A DNA stretch of 64,000 bases, from NCBI GenBank assembly GCA_964016885.1, contig OZ024740.1, forward strand, positions 332,320,001-332,384,000. The letters run 5' to 3'. Positions 27,851-44,502 of this stretch are shown here, one piece after another. Position 1 is the first letter of the stretch. Every line of letters begins with the position of its first letter. Below the pieces are notes generated by a model. It was given only the letters and a program-made list of their open reading frames with translations. It was not told the origin of the DNA and did no database searches. The DNA comes from Eledone cirrhosa (Eukaryota). A program made the position numbers and the translations under genes.

Positions 27851-30800
27851 AAAAAAAAATATAGATATATATATAGCTCTACACCTCTCCACAGACGAGG
27901 ACCTAAACATCGAGTACTCTCCTGGCTGAACCTTCAGTAACTTCACATTACCCTCCCTGACCCGTTGTACTTTCCATCTTATTGAATTGGTATTACTTTT
28001 GCATTAGTGTCATATACTCCAATTGATTTAAATTTCGAAACCCAAAACGATTTAAGTCCTTCTGAAAACCATACGTAATATACAATGCCGTACTTTTCAA
28101 AATTCAAACAGTTCCACCGTGTATTGTCTAAGAACTCTAATGAACGTGAATTACCCCAAGCATTACAAACAAAGGTAGCGCTATCACTCTTTCACATTTC
28201 CCATCCACAAACTAGCGGCTGAATATATAATAGAATAGATGCCTCTATGAAAATACCAACTGACAGTATCTAGCAAAATACAAAAGTCTATTTATTCTTG
28301 TGGAGTAGTCATAATGGAATTTCAACTCTATAAACCTAAAAATAATTTCCTAATTGTAGATTCTCATTTAATGATAACAAGTATATCTTTAAATATATGT
28401 ACTGCAACTAACAATTTTCTTTCTAAATTAATGTATCCATCTTTTGTGTAAATTTACTCCGCAAAATATATGGATTTTCACATCTTTATCTTCCTTTGAT
28501 GCATAAATTGAATCTAATTTGAATGCTTTACACATATATGCTTTTAAATGCATAATATATTAGATGTAAATATATAGGCTTTTTTCCTATATTCGCCTCA
28601 TTTTATTTCATCTTTTGATATATAATATCGTTTCACTTAAGATATTAACATGTATTTAATCCCACCCGCTAATGACTAGCGAATTAATATTACCAAAACG
28701 GTCCATAAAATTGACAACAGTTATTATGTAACCAACTCTGTACAATTTCACTGAATGTATTTACATTGCTTTTCACCATTTTCAACATAAAATGACTAAA
28801 CACAACAGATCAAAGCAAAAGAAATCCAAATAAAGCACCTCGTTAGATGTTCATATGAAAAATGAAAAATTCTGAAATCGTTAAATACGTGAACGGCGAT
28901 TACCTCTTATGTAAATATTAATGTACTTAATTATATATATTTCAGTGATTGATTAAACGATTAAATACGTATAACAATGCGTTATACTTACACACCCACT
29001 AATCCCTATTTTCTAGTTAGAGTATAATCGTTACATTTTCGTTTTTCTTCTTTTCAAAGAGGACGGGTGTGTCCGTAACGCATTTTAAGGCCTCTGTGAT
29101 TGGAAAGAGTGAGGGAGGTAAGTACCCTTAAACCGAAGACAAGACACATATTCAATGAAACGAGTGGTCTTTGTAGAAAGGAAACAAGAACCAAGTAGTT
29201 GTGTTAAGATAGGCAGCGGATTAGTTTTGCCATCAGATTAATCCGCAGCATGATTTAAATTATAATAATTACACGAATCCACCACACATTCCTGCGTAAC
29301 CTAAATGGTGAAAGAAAAATTAACATCGGTGTGATTTTAACTCCAAAACACTGGAACGAATACATCAATGTATTTTGTTTTACACTCGAACGGCTTTCTG
29401 AATTCGATAGATTTTCTGTGTGTAATCTATTCATCTTGAAAGTGGTACAAACTGAACGATAAGACATGTGGAAACTAATTATACAATGCAACTGAAATTC
29501 TATTAGAGCTTGCTTTAACAATCTAATTTCTGATCTAGAATAATGAGATGTTACCTAGTTATTTGTGAACTGTAACGAATTTGAAAGGGAGTTTCCTATA
29601 ACTTTGTAAAGTATAGTACTTGATATATATTTACAAGCCTTTCAGAAAACCGATATTGTCTGAATCCTAATCAGCATTTCAACAATCAATTATGTAAATC
29701 ATTATAATGTAATAAATAACGTAGACCATATAACTTAAGATATGGCTGCATGTGTATCAACTTATGCATATTTCCCTAGAAAGAGAAGTATATATCAGCC
29801 GATTTCTGCACGATTTTGCAAAATTGTATCAATAAACTATGGAAAACTATATATAACTTCGGCTATAAATCTCGCATAACAGCAAGTGGAAGTTAACATT
29901 TAACATAGATAAAGTATAAGTACAAATAAGTCTTAGATTATTAATTATTTTCATTTTTACATGGATCCACTTAATTAGGATGACAAAAAATATGTTTTCC
30001 AAGATTCAAAAACATAATCAATTTGTTCTTTGATTTATTTGTGTTCTAGCATTCTGCCGACCATGAGTATGTTTTGACATCCAGCAGCACCCGATATGTA
30101 CATTATTTGGACAATAAACAGCTGACATTAATATTGTGCCAAAAGTAGAAACAATTAATATGTTAATAATCAATAATAAACAGTCTACGCATTAAAATAA
30201 TTGTCCTGCAACATAGATGTTAGTTTCATATTTTACATGCAAAAGCTCACAAACTTACAGGAATTGCCCCTGTGTAAATATCCTGGTGGACAAATGTAAA
30301 ACAATTTCGTTTCGATTTATCTCTATATATATGGATTAAATATAACACTGGTTAACTTAAATTTAATGTAAATGTTGTAATAATATAATTATGATTGGTC
30401 ATGTTTAGTACCAATAAGATATAGAAAAATTGAAACTAACACGTACAATTGTTAGACAAACATACAATGTTTTACAATAACAGATGTATGAAGAAAATTG
30501 TCACGATAGATAAAATTTACAATACTCAACTGGATTCGGACCTTCTCACTGCGATGGAAAGTAATAGAAGTAAACTGAAATGCTAGGTGACTCATTCAAA
30601 TCTCTGTTGGTAATGAATATAATTAGATTATTTTCCATTTTATCATAGAATACTTGCTCAAACTGATATATTTTATTAGTTTGGTCTGCAGGGGGTTACA
30701 GATCTTATGGCCTTTCTCAGGCACACTGTGACCAATGATTTTGATGCCGTTAACGTTTCATTTGGACAGCTATATGTAGATGGCAGCAAAAAACTTCAGA

Positions 30801-31260
30801 TGTGGGGGGGGGGGGGGGGTAGTATTCCAATGTGGTGCTCATCAGAGCTTTGTAATTATAAGTTAGAGCTAAATTATTTTCTAGTACTGAACTATTAATT
30901 ATGTTTATTTTGTTGGTGGAAGCGATATCATTAACACCATGCGTTATCTAATAGGAAAAGAACGGAAGTTAATATATTTCTGCACTGAATCATATTGCAT
31001 CCCGATATTTACAATTCTTCGCATACAATTTTCTCAAGTGTTAATCAACATTTGCCTCGGAATTATTAATACAATTTTATACTGTTGTGTTAGAACAAAT
31101 ATAACAAAAATGCTGTTCTGTGCTGCAGATTTCCACAAAGAAAGGCAAGTAAAATATTTAGTTGGTAAATCTCACAATAGAATAAACTCCAATAAAATAA
31201 ATAGAACAATTTTGACTCTGGTTTTCTTGTATATTTTTCGAAGATCTGTCAAAAGAAACA

Positions 31261-31449
31261 TTTCTTTCTAATTTAGGTACATGGCTAAAAATGTTTTGGG
31301 AACGTGGATTAAATCGATCGCAGTGAGTTACTGGTATTTTATTTTATCAACTCCGTAAGGAAGAAAGGCAAAGTTAACCTCGGAACTTGAACACAGTATG
31401 TAAAGGGACGCAACTCTACGTCCGACATTCTACCGATATTGCAATCCAC
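31261..31449 (-). mobile_element. tRNA-derived SINE about 40 nt downstream of the GluA exon donor
   Basis: Same family as 40653-40881 and 47206-47390; GTTCAAGTTCC B-box-like motif on the minus strand. Confidence 0.78.
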
Positions 31450-31491
31450 AGTCAAAAGAAAAAAAAAATGAAATATGTGTTTGATATTTAC

Positions 31492-31740
31492 CTTCGTTCG
31501 AGTCATACAAATAATGTACTCTTCTCCAACCATAGAACTTCACCATATCTATTACTGCTTTTGTATGATCTGGACGCAAATATAGTTCAAAGTTTGGTTG
31601 ATCCGGGTCAACAGTGAAGGAAAGACCAGGTGACACGAAGGGCATATGGAATCGTCTACTGTAGGATTCGACTACTTCAACTGAGGAACTGTCTATTACA
31701 CCAAATAGGACAAAAGAACCATTGCCCATGTGACCACAAA
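31492..31740 (-). CDS. Internal exon of an AMPA-type (GluA-like) ionotropic glutamate receptor, amino-terminal domain
   Basis: Translates xCGHMGNGSFVLFGVIDSSSVEVVESYSRRFHMPFVSPGL...FELYLRPDHTKAVIDMVKFYGWRRVHYLYDSNEG, which parallels the GluA ATD pattern CSQFSRGVYAIFG...LHVSFITPS...[30 protein letters not shown]. Polypyrimidine acceptor (ttttgtttttcag, AG at 31742-31741) and donor G|gtaaat (GT at 31491-31490); 249 nt, phase 1 at both ends. Paralogue not assignable. Confidence 0.93.
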
Positions 31741-32566
31741 CTGAAAAACAAAAAAAAGAGAAATTAATATAGAGATATATGGACGTATATGTATATATAT
31801 TATACTGACACGCATACATGAAAACACACACACACACAGACACACACATTAAATATGTGAGAAATATAAACATAGATGCTTAACCCGAACCAACGCTATC
31901 AGTGAACTCAAAAACCTACGGAATACTGTGCAAAATTAGATCTAATCGACCACATACATTATTAAACATTAAAAAATACTTATTACATTCTTTAGAACTG
32001 TACCTCAAAACACACACATGCAGAGCCTTAATCAAACCTATACTAATAACTAGTAGAAAAATGACACCTCATCAAGCTTATCTGTCATATGTGGTATCTA
32101 CATCTCGGCTGCGACTGCTTCTCTTTTAAGTAATCTGTATTGTACCTATACGGAGTCTTAACAACAATCAATTAAGAAATTCTATAGCTCACCACTGAAA
32201 CAAACATGAGGAAAACAAACTATATAATTCCCACTCGAGCATCTTTTATTATAAAATTACGCTAAGCAAACCACACGTATTCTCATAGAAATAAACAACT
32301 CCCTTAATGATTGAAACCAATACCGATGGTTATCTATTTCCAAAATCCAAAATTGTAAACAACTCACTTCATGATCAGCGAAATACGAACAAAAGATATC
32401 AAACCAAGACTCATTCAACCATTCAAACACCGTCTCACAAATTAAACATTAACCTAACAACTAGAAGAAAAAAATCTGACCGCAATGTGGTCATAAATGA
32501 TAGAATTTAAATTCAGCAACTTATAAACACAAGAAAAAAGAAAGATATACTTACAAATATATGCAT

Positions 32567-32662
<96 letters not shown>

Positions 32663-32935
32663 ACTATTAGTTTCAGAAGATCCCGTTAAGGGTGAAAGCA
32701 GCGATTCTTTGCTTAATCTTTAATCTGTTATTTGAATAAATAATTAATATATATATATATATATATATACAAACAATCTTATATATATATATACATATAT
32801 ATCACCTTGATCACCCTGACCAACCAGTCTGTCGGGCTCCATTCGACGCCGCTGGTCACAGCACGTGCTGTTTTAGCCATATGATGTCGCCATTCGACTG
32901 ACTGGGCGAGCAGACCGACATATATATATACATAC

Positions 32936-32983
<48 letters not shown>

Positions 32984-33590
32984 ATGTATGTATGTATGTA
33001 TGTATGTATGTACGTGTGGGTTGTGTGTGTATGAGTGGAAAATGGACATCAACGAAATATGCACACTTACAAATATATGCATATGTAGATATAGGTAGAC
33101 ACACAAACATATATATATGTATATGTGTTGTGTGTGTGTATATGAGTGGAAAATGTACATCAAATGATGATGTTAAATATTGTTATGTTTGCGGATATTC
33201 GCTTTGCTAATATTACCAATAGAAAGAAACACATGCACCATATTTTTCACTTCATCTTTATTGATCGTTATTCATTTTTATGTCAAAGTTCTTTTGTCAC
33301 ATATTCTGTGACATCTTCAATAATTGTCGGTTTTGTGACTCGTCTTCCTCCTGGTCTTCAAATTCTAATTCATCAAGACGAGGAAAAAGAGGAAGCACAA
33401 AAAGAGGAGGTCACAATGTGTGCCGATATAAATTTGACAACCAATAACGATAAAGTGAAAATTGTATGATGCGTGAATTTCTTTCTATTGACAATATTGC
33501 CAAATATACTGAAATATAAAAATATTTGATTTAACAAACGATTACAATTCAAGAATCCTGCAGAACAAATAGATAAATTACACACAGACA

Positions 33591-36715
<3,125 letters not shown>

Positions 36716-36719
<4 letters not shown>

Positions 36720-37157
36720 GTTTCTGAATTTGTTTAACAAAATTCTTTATTTGAAAACGTGTGTTGAAACCGATATTGTTATGCTTTGGGAGGGTCATGT
36801 TTCCAATAAGAAACACACGCACCAGTTGCTTTCACTCCAATTTATTATGAATTAAATTTATAAATTTCCGGTTGGTTGGTTGGTTCCATAACCGGACGGT
36901 TGTTCATATATTGTCTAAGTTCTTTCGTCAGAGGAGAGGCACAAAACTAAGAAAAGAATCCCCAGTCACTGAAGAGGTCACAGAGTGTGTGACGAAAGAA
37001 CTTTGACAATATATGAACAACCGTCCGGTTATGGAACCAACCAACCAACCGTAAATTTATAAATTCTTAAATTTATAAATTTAATTTATAATAAATTCGA
37101 GTGAAAGCAACTGGTGCGTGTGTTTCTTATTGGCAACATGACCCTCCCAAAGCATAA

Positions 37158-37162
<5 letters not shown>
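36716..37162. mobile_element. Fold-back mini-PLE in (TA)n
   Basis: Arms about 36772-36930 / 36990-37162; the left arm is truncated inside HHR stem II and carries an extra tail to 36716. Confidence 0.88.
36965..37007 (+). ncRNA. Compact type I hammerhead ribozyme with canonical core
   Basis: GTCA-CTGAAGA(36969)-g-GTCAC agagtgt GTGAC-GAAA(36994)-GAAC-TT-TGAC; perfect 4-bp stem I, 5-bp stem II, minimal stem III. Confidence 0.87.
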
Positions 37163-37200
<38 letters not shown>

Positions 37201-38723
37201 TGCGTGACTGCAGGTATATTGATTATGTATTCACATATATATTAGAAATGTATCATCCGGGTTTGAATATTGCTGTAGTCTAAGACAATATAGAACACAT
37301 TCCAGCAACATTGAGGAGCACATATATATTCATGTTAGCGTCTTTTATTTATCGTATTTCACATTCATAAAATACATAAAATCCCCAATGTCAATCCCAA
37401 TCATACCCACGTGCTCATATATATGTTTGCATGTCACTATGCGTGCGGGTTCGTGTGTGTTTAGCGTACGTACATGAAACATTTGTGTGTATTATATGCG
37501 TGCATAATCCGCAGATAACTTTAGACGTAGCTGCTTCCATTTAAACTACATTTCTTTCTTTCTAGTTATCCAAGATTCTCCTACAACACTATATACTTAA
37601 TACGAACATTACTTGAGATAATGATAGGAAGTTGCGTAATACCAATACAAAATCACGTCGAATGTACATTTAATTATAAAAAAGAAAACAACTGTAGCCA
37701 TATGTATCTCCAAATGCTGAGTTTAAATTTCCCCATCATGCTTGGTATTATATATTAAACATTGTGCACACTCAGTGACCCATTAGAATGACAAAAGAAA
37801 ATTTTGCTTCAAGAAAGGATTAGAAACGAGACTATTTACTCTGCATAACTCTGATTACCTCATATCTATAGAATATAGCTACATGGCTATAAGTACTTGA
37901 ATCTAGGATGAACTATCCGTATTTTGAATATTAACTCAATGGCGCCTTCTTGCTTTCGAAGCAAACATTTTCCTTATTTCATAAAAAATGTATGTCCATA
38001 TAGGCCTCATCTTCTGCCTGAAATAAAGATACTAGCATTGCTTCAAAGTGATTTCTAATTGACAGCAAGTAAGAACGGGAATAATATTGATATTTATTTA
38101 ATCATCATCATCTGATTTCAATTGTTTATCGATTAGCTCGTGGTGGCTTTTGTATCTTTTATTCTGTTATGCTGTATATGAGAGTTGATTTTTTTCTGTT
38201 CTGTGTACAACAAGTAAAATTAACATAGGAAATATTCTAAGATGATGTGTAATTCTCTATAACATTGTCACTCAATGCTGAGTGTGAGAAATAAGCAGTT
38301 CACGCTCGCTGTAACTATTACGTTTACTTTATACTAACAGTATCATTATATAATCTTGCCATAATCTGATTTCAGATAATACACATTCAGGAAGTATGGT
38401 AGATTTGAATTAAGTTATGTAATATATAAAATAGCATAAAATGTGTAAGTATAGTTACATAGTAATACTAATACTGACATTGGAATTATGTATTGACTTT
38501 GAAATAGTGAAAGACAAAATTGACCCCGATGGAATTTGAAATCAGAGCGTAGTTAACCTGAACGAACAGTAACACTTTTAATGCGAACCCATAACAACAC
38601 TGCCAATATGCCGCCTGAAGGCAAGCACCACATTTTCTAAAAATTTACTACGAATAGTACTATACTTTAATTAAATCTTGACAAATATGATATTTATATA
38701 CGATATATCGATAATTAAATAAA

Positions 38724-39236
38724 CTAGCAGAAAAACCACCCTTCGGGTGGTTTTCTGCTAGCATGTGTAGTGTGTATATTAATACATCAAATACAATCGT
38801 AATTGAGAATATAAACAGAAATTGAACGAAGACGTTGTTACACTGTCTCATGTTATCAGTAACGTAATCCATGAAACATTAAAAAATGACGATATATATA
38901 AACTGCATTAGGAGAAAATTAGTGACAGAAAATTAGTATGTTTGTTTAAGTGATCGCCACCGGAAGTGTTGACATCACACACTCTCTCTTTCTATATATA
39001 TGGTAGTTGAAGAGGTGGTGGTGCCGGCAACGACATACCGGAAGTGCAAATTTGAAAAGACGTCAATTGTAAATTATTTATTTTTACGAAATTATTTTTG
39101 TTTACGAAATTTAGTAGATAAATTATGTAATATTCATTCATTATTTATTCAAAATAATCCGACTTATTTTAATAACAGGATAAAAAATAAATAAACCGTA
39201 CACAGTCCCGCAGACCTTCCTTTATTATAGTTTAGA
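38724..39236 (-). mobile_element. Non-autonomous Helitron with both termini intact
   Basis: Minus strand: host A|TCTAAACTATAATAAAGG ... CCACCC-GAA-GGTGG-type GC hairpin, short T-rich spacer, CTAG|T host; no TSD. Confidence 0.82.
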
Positions 39237-39372
39237 TTTCATCAGCAAGACAAATCACATTTTTCTTACAAACATTTTAATAAGTTTTATATGCATTGAT
39301 GTATGTTTTATGAATACGACCGCTTTGCAGTGGAATGATGTGGATCCGGCGCCCTATCATCTTATTTCTGCG

Positions 39373-39793
<421 letters not shown>

Positions 39794-40180
39794 TAGAAGT
39801 GGGATGATGCGGACTGGGATTCGTATCATTCCAATGCAAGGTGGTCGTGGAGGTGCCACGACAGGGGTCACACAGCACTCACTGTAAATGAGGTTGGTTT
39901 TGGGAGGGGGGTCCAGCTGTGGAAGTCGAGCCGGAGTCGGTTCCACTCCCACCTTTGAAAGCGCGGGGGATGGGGTGGGGCGTGGAACGATGATGATGAT
40001 GATATATGTGTATGTACATATATATACTAGAATTAGCTGTAGAAACAGAAATAGCTCCGCCATTGGACCCCGACATTTCTAATATATTCTCGCTCTACTA
40101 TCCCAAGTATCAAATACTCTGTTGAATAAAGGTCTTACTAGTTTAGTACTGGTTAAATCCTGATATATATATATATATAT

Positions 40181-40320
40181 AACGAAGGAAATGTGGTAAG
40201 GAACCAGGTGGACCATAACGCACCAAAGTACTCAATACTTAGGGTAGTAGAGTGGGTAATAGGAACGAGTAGGACCCCGACGGCTGAGCTCAAGCCGTTT
40301 CGACGGCTAATTCTGGACTA
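40181..40320 (-). mobile_element. 139-bp mini-element, full copy (decayed opposite-strand copy at about 40030-40125)
   Basis: About 5 differences from the reverse complement of 24321-24459. Confidence 0.9.
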
Positions 40321-40652
40321 ATATATATATATATTCATAATTTTGCTCTTTAAAATAATTTTGAGGGTTTTCAAAGACAGAATATATAAATCTTTACAAC
40401 AATATAATGATGATGATGATTGTGACAAAGGACCTTGAAAACTATCTGACTTTACACTAGAGATTGCTCCAGAATTCATGTCTACATGGGGATCAGCCCA
40501 AATATTGAAGTCCTGGACTACCAGCAGTAATGACATGACAAGAAATTATATAAACAGATGGAGTTACTCTAAGTTACAAGTTGTAGTCCGATATTCCCTA
40601 AAATAACTGACATAGAGCAACATCAATGTTGGTAGTGATAAATAGTCAAATA

Positions 40653-40881
40653 GTAATAATAAGGGTTTCTGATTTAGGCAGAAACCAAGCAATTTTGGGG
40701 AAGGGGAATGTTGATTAAATCGACCGCAGTGCAATACTGGTACTTTATTTTATCAATCCCATAAGGATGAAAGGAAAGGCTAGCCTTGGCAGGATTTGAA
40801 CTCACAACGTTTAATAGCCGTAACCCTATGCTGCGAAGCATGGTGTCTGACGTTCTGCCGATTCTGCCAATCCATCACCCT
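40653..40881 (-). mobile_element. tRNA-derived SINE, full-length-like
   Basis: A-box-like TTGGCAGAATCGG, B-box GAGTTCAAATCC, (TTA)n tail. Confidence 0.82.
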
Positions 40882-41262
40882 AATAACAACAATAAGTATC
40901 ATATAGAAGCGGGAAAGATGTCTTTTCTTTATAAATAAGGAAACAGAGAAATGGAATGAAGAAATTAACTTCACTGAAATGAAAAAAAATTAGATAAAGA
41001 CAAACACCATCAAAGCAGATTTCTAAAATATCCTGAAGATAAACAAGAGAAAAACTTCTTTATGGCCAATGTTCTGCAAGAAGTTGACTAAATTGTAAAC
41101 CAACAATGACTCAAAAACTCTGGGCTAAAAGTAGAAACAAGCTCTAATTCTGGAGAAGACTAATGTCTAAACTCAAGCAACTACAGAAATATTGTAAAAG
41201 AAAATACTAATATTAAGATGTGGTTATAAAGTCAGTAGAATTGGTGGTTGACTGCAACATTT

Positions 41263-41458
41263 CTGGCTGGTCAGTCATTGCCATGTCCAAATATGGTCAC
41301 AGACTTGATCTAGCTGGACTGGTCAGTTGTTTCCATGTCCGAATATAGTCACAGACTTGATCAAGTTAGGCTGGTCAGTTCTTCCCAAGTCCAAATATAG
41401 TCACAGACTTGATCTAGCTGGGCTGGTCAGTTGTTCCCAAGTCCAAATATACTCAGAC
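41263..41458. repeat. 52-bp minisatellite, about 3.7 copies
   Basis: Unit ctggactggtcagttgtttccatgtccaaatatagtcacagacttgatctag. Confidence 0.9.
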
Positions 41459-41508
41459 GGTCTAGTTGGCAGCTACATTCTAACATTTCAATATTAAAAC
41501 AGATCAGA

Positions 41509-42040
41509 GATGTAGCAAACATGTGTATGACCACCACCATGTTACTGTCATTTGAGATATATTAACATGTAGCAAACATGGTGTAATACAGCCGCCACAA
41601 TGTTACTGTCACCTGAGAGATACTGGTCTAGTTCCTAGATAGGAGATATTAACATGTAGCAAACATGGTGTAATACAACCACCACCACCAGGTTAGTGAC
41701 ATCTGAGAGATATTAACATGTAGCAAACATTGTCTAATACAGTCACCACCATGTTACTGTCACCTGAGATATATAAACATGTAGCAAACATCATATAATA
41801 CAGCCACCACCTTGTTACTGTCACCTGAGCGATAAAAAACATGTAGCAAACATGGTGTATGACAACCACCATGTTACTGACACCTCAGAGATACCTGTCC
41901 AGATAAGAGATATAAACATGTAGCAAACATGGTGTAATACAGCAACGACCATGTTACTATCACCTGAGAGATATACACATGTAGCAAACATGGTGTAATA
42001 CAGCCACCACCATGTTACTGTCACCTGAGAGATACCTGTC
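41509..42040. repeat. About 61-bp minisatellite, 8 copies
   Basis: tgtagcaaac anchors near 41511, 41568, 41655, 41719, 41780, 41843, 41919 and 41980; two units carry 15-25 nt extensions. Confidence 0.92.
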
Positions 42041-42397
42041 TAGACTAACAAGATCAAGAAAAAAACATCTAGATATAATTATTAAGAACTGTGATGAAAA
42101 TGTCTGAACTCTGATAAATCTCTCAATACCTTCTGCCCAAAGAATGTGAAGAAACTGTCAACATACAAATTTAAATAAAAAAGATGTGAAATTGAATATA
42201 AGAAGCAGTACCAGTAATACTTGGAGCACTAGGTAGGATAAAAACATATGAATAAAAGTACATACATCATACCTTGGTTCATAACTTTCCACTATCAACA
42301 ACCCTGCTAGGAACTGTATACTCATAGCACGCAACACAATCCCTATACTATAAGCACCTAATAAAATAACACAACTCATACAACATATACACAATAT

Positions 42398-42721
42398 CAG
42401 GGGTTCCCAACCGGGGGGGGGGGGGGGGGGGCATGGCTCACTTTCTCTTGGAAACATTTTTCACCATCCAACTGTATAGTAAATATTAAAAACACACCAA
42501 AAAAGTTTGGTTAAAGTTTGTTACTGTTTTGTTATTTCCATTTAGCCTTCGTTTTGTTTTGTTTTATATACAGTTTCTTTGCATATCTCCTTTGAATATT
42601 TTCTTATGGGTAAGATATGTTGAAATACTTTCTTAATACTCAAAATCCTATATTGTCCACCAACATTTCCAATTGCTCATCACCCACTGGTGGATGATGT
42701 TGCCCAGGTTGGGAATCCCTG
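42398..42721. mobile_element. hAT/Charlie-type MITE
   Basis: TIRs CAGGGGTTCCCAACC / GGTTGGGAATCCCTG; 8-bp flanks match only 5/8 (cacaatat vs ctttatat). Confidence 0.65.
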
Positions 42722-42769
42722 CTTTATATTATTAAGGCCCAATTAAATAAGACAACACACCACTTCTAC

Positions 42770-43262
42770 ATAACTAATACCCAACACAACACTTCTACAA
42801 AATTATTAACCATCTTGCCAACAACAACCCTGAGCACCTTTTATAATTCCATGTGTCTAACACACGTGGGCATGCCTACTAAGTCAGAAAACAGCACAGC
42901 TCCCATGACTTTCGGAAACATCTTTTCATGCTCAGAGTTGCTGAAGCATGGAACAAACTAATTGTATCAGTTATTAGCTGTCAAGACACTGCATCCTTTA
43001 AAATCTCCATGGAACAACCTACCTGCATCAGTTGTTAGCTGTCAAGACACTACATCCTTTAAAACCTCCATGCTTCCTGAAATTTGCCAACACTACACCC
43101 GATGTCCCCCCTCCATACACATGCGCACATGTATTTCATGACTCGTACACTGTTAAATTTCCTGACATTTGAATGTTATTCTATGTACTATACATGCACC
43201 TTTGATGAGTTGTAGTGCACCTGAGCACTGTACACAATAATTTCATCATTATTATTATTATA
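42770..43262 (+). mobile_element. CR1/L2-group LINE 3' end
   Basis: TRGHAY..KVRKQHS..FRKH.F..RVAEAWNKLPASVVSC..T.SFK motif, an internal tandem duplication of about 60 bp, and an (ATT)n tail. Confidence 0.78.
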
Positions 43263-44502
43263 CGCAGCTGATCAGCATTACAATGGGATAGTTAGGATAT
43301 GCATTCATTTTATTTCAAATGAATTCAATTTGCCAAACGACAATTGCATAAGACTATGAATTTATTTGCAATCTTCATTTTGATTAACAGGAAAATTATT
43401 AAATATAATAAAACTTAATGACGACAGAAAGAAGATGAATGATATAAAAATAAATTAATAGGAATGCTACAAACTTACATTACAGTTATATGGTAATTGA
43501 AAAAAAGGATAAATAACCTGTTTCATATTCAATATTTATACTGATTAATGTATCTAATCATAAATATTTCCACACATTTTTTTGTAATATATCTGTAATA
43601 TGATGAATGTGCTTCGTGGTTTTATCAAAATCATTATCATATGTGAAACACGAATCAATCGTTATATTCACTTTTCATTTATTCTATATTCTAAAACATT
43701 TTGTCAAACACCACTGCCACCATTCCTCTGCAGCATTTTGATTCCAGGAAATGAACGGGAGGTGTATAAATTATGTATATATTGCATGTGTTTAATAAAT
43801 AAAATCTCTTTCTTTACTTAGTGTTCCTCACACGATTTTTTAGTATAGGCGCTCCGTCAATACTTCCTCACTAAAACATATTATATAAATCATCAAAGAA
43901 TGCTTGGTATATACACAATTGACATTATTGACTAACTTATTTCATGTTTATTGCCGACGCCGAATCATTGCGGCCATGAAACGTGACACATTCACATTCT
44001 ATTTAATTTTGAGGAGTTAGATTTTCTCAATATTGTAATATAATAATAGCAGCACTGCAACATTGATAAGTTTGTTGTGAATATAATATATAAGTGAAGT
44101 TTATAACATTTCTAACCTAAACGAATCTCCATTTTTGTTTTAAAAGACCAAATTATAATAAAGACACATATTCAATTATATTATCATATAATCGGGATGA
44201 ACCACACGTTTTAATGATTAGAATATTGAAATGCTTGATCCTATCTCTCCGCAACTCTAGCTAATTAATACTTATTGTAATGCAGATATATGATAAGTGT
44301 GTATATATAACATTTTCAGTATTTTAAATACAATTTAATAGCATATTATTGTCCAACCCATAAATCGTTTCTTTAAAGTAACATTTTAATGCATAATACT
44401 GTCTTGGTTCAATCTAACTGTACAAGTTCAGACACCCTAATATTTTGACAATATATTTATATACACAGAAGAATTGTTTGTGATAATGTTTATATAAAAT
44501 AT

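Larger units (their letters stand above)
41020..42345 (+). pseudogene. Heavily decayed R4/Dong-type LINE 3' region
   Basis: Remnants in the expected order: LYGQ, SGLK.ET..LI, (C)..LA..Y.HR(H)D, (P)DIIIK, AVPVILGALG.IK, TLLGT, comparable with the intact 62400-63148 region. Confidence 0.65.

Noticed and set aside
29289-29462. Plus-strand frame containing KINIGVIL, reminiscent of an iGluR ATD first strand
   Set aside because: Opposite strand to the GluA exon, ends in a stop, no convincing splice sites or further similarity.
40181-40322. 139-bp element as a Helitron (TTCG hairpin 9 nt before CTRR)
   Set aside because: No 5' TC terminus and inconsistent A|T targets; fold-back arms and the ACTC/GAGT hairpin + tail match the PLE-type modules instead. 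Not fully excluded.
41509-42040. CRISPR-like regularly spaced repeats
   Set aside because: The whole unit is repeated with no unique spacers, there are no cas genes, and the context is eukaryotic; it is a minisatellite.
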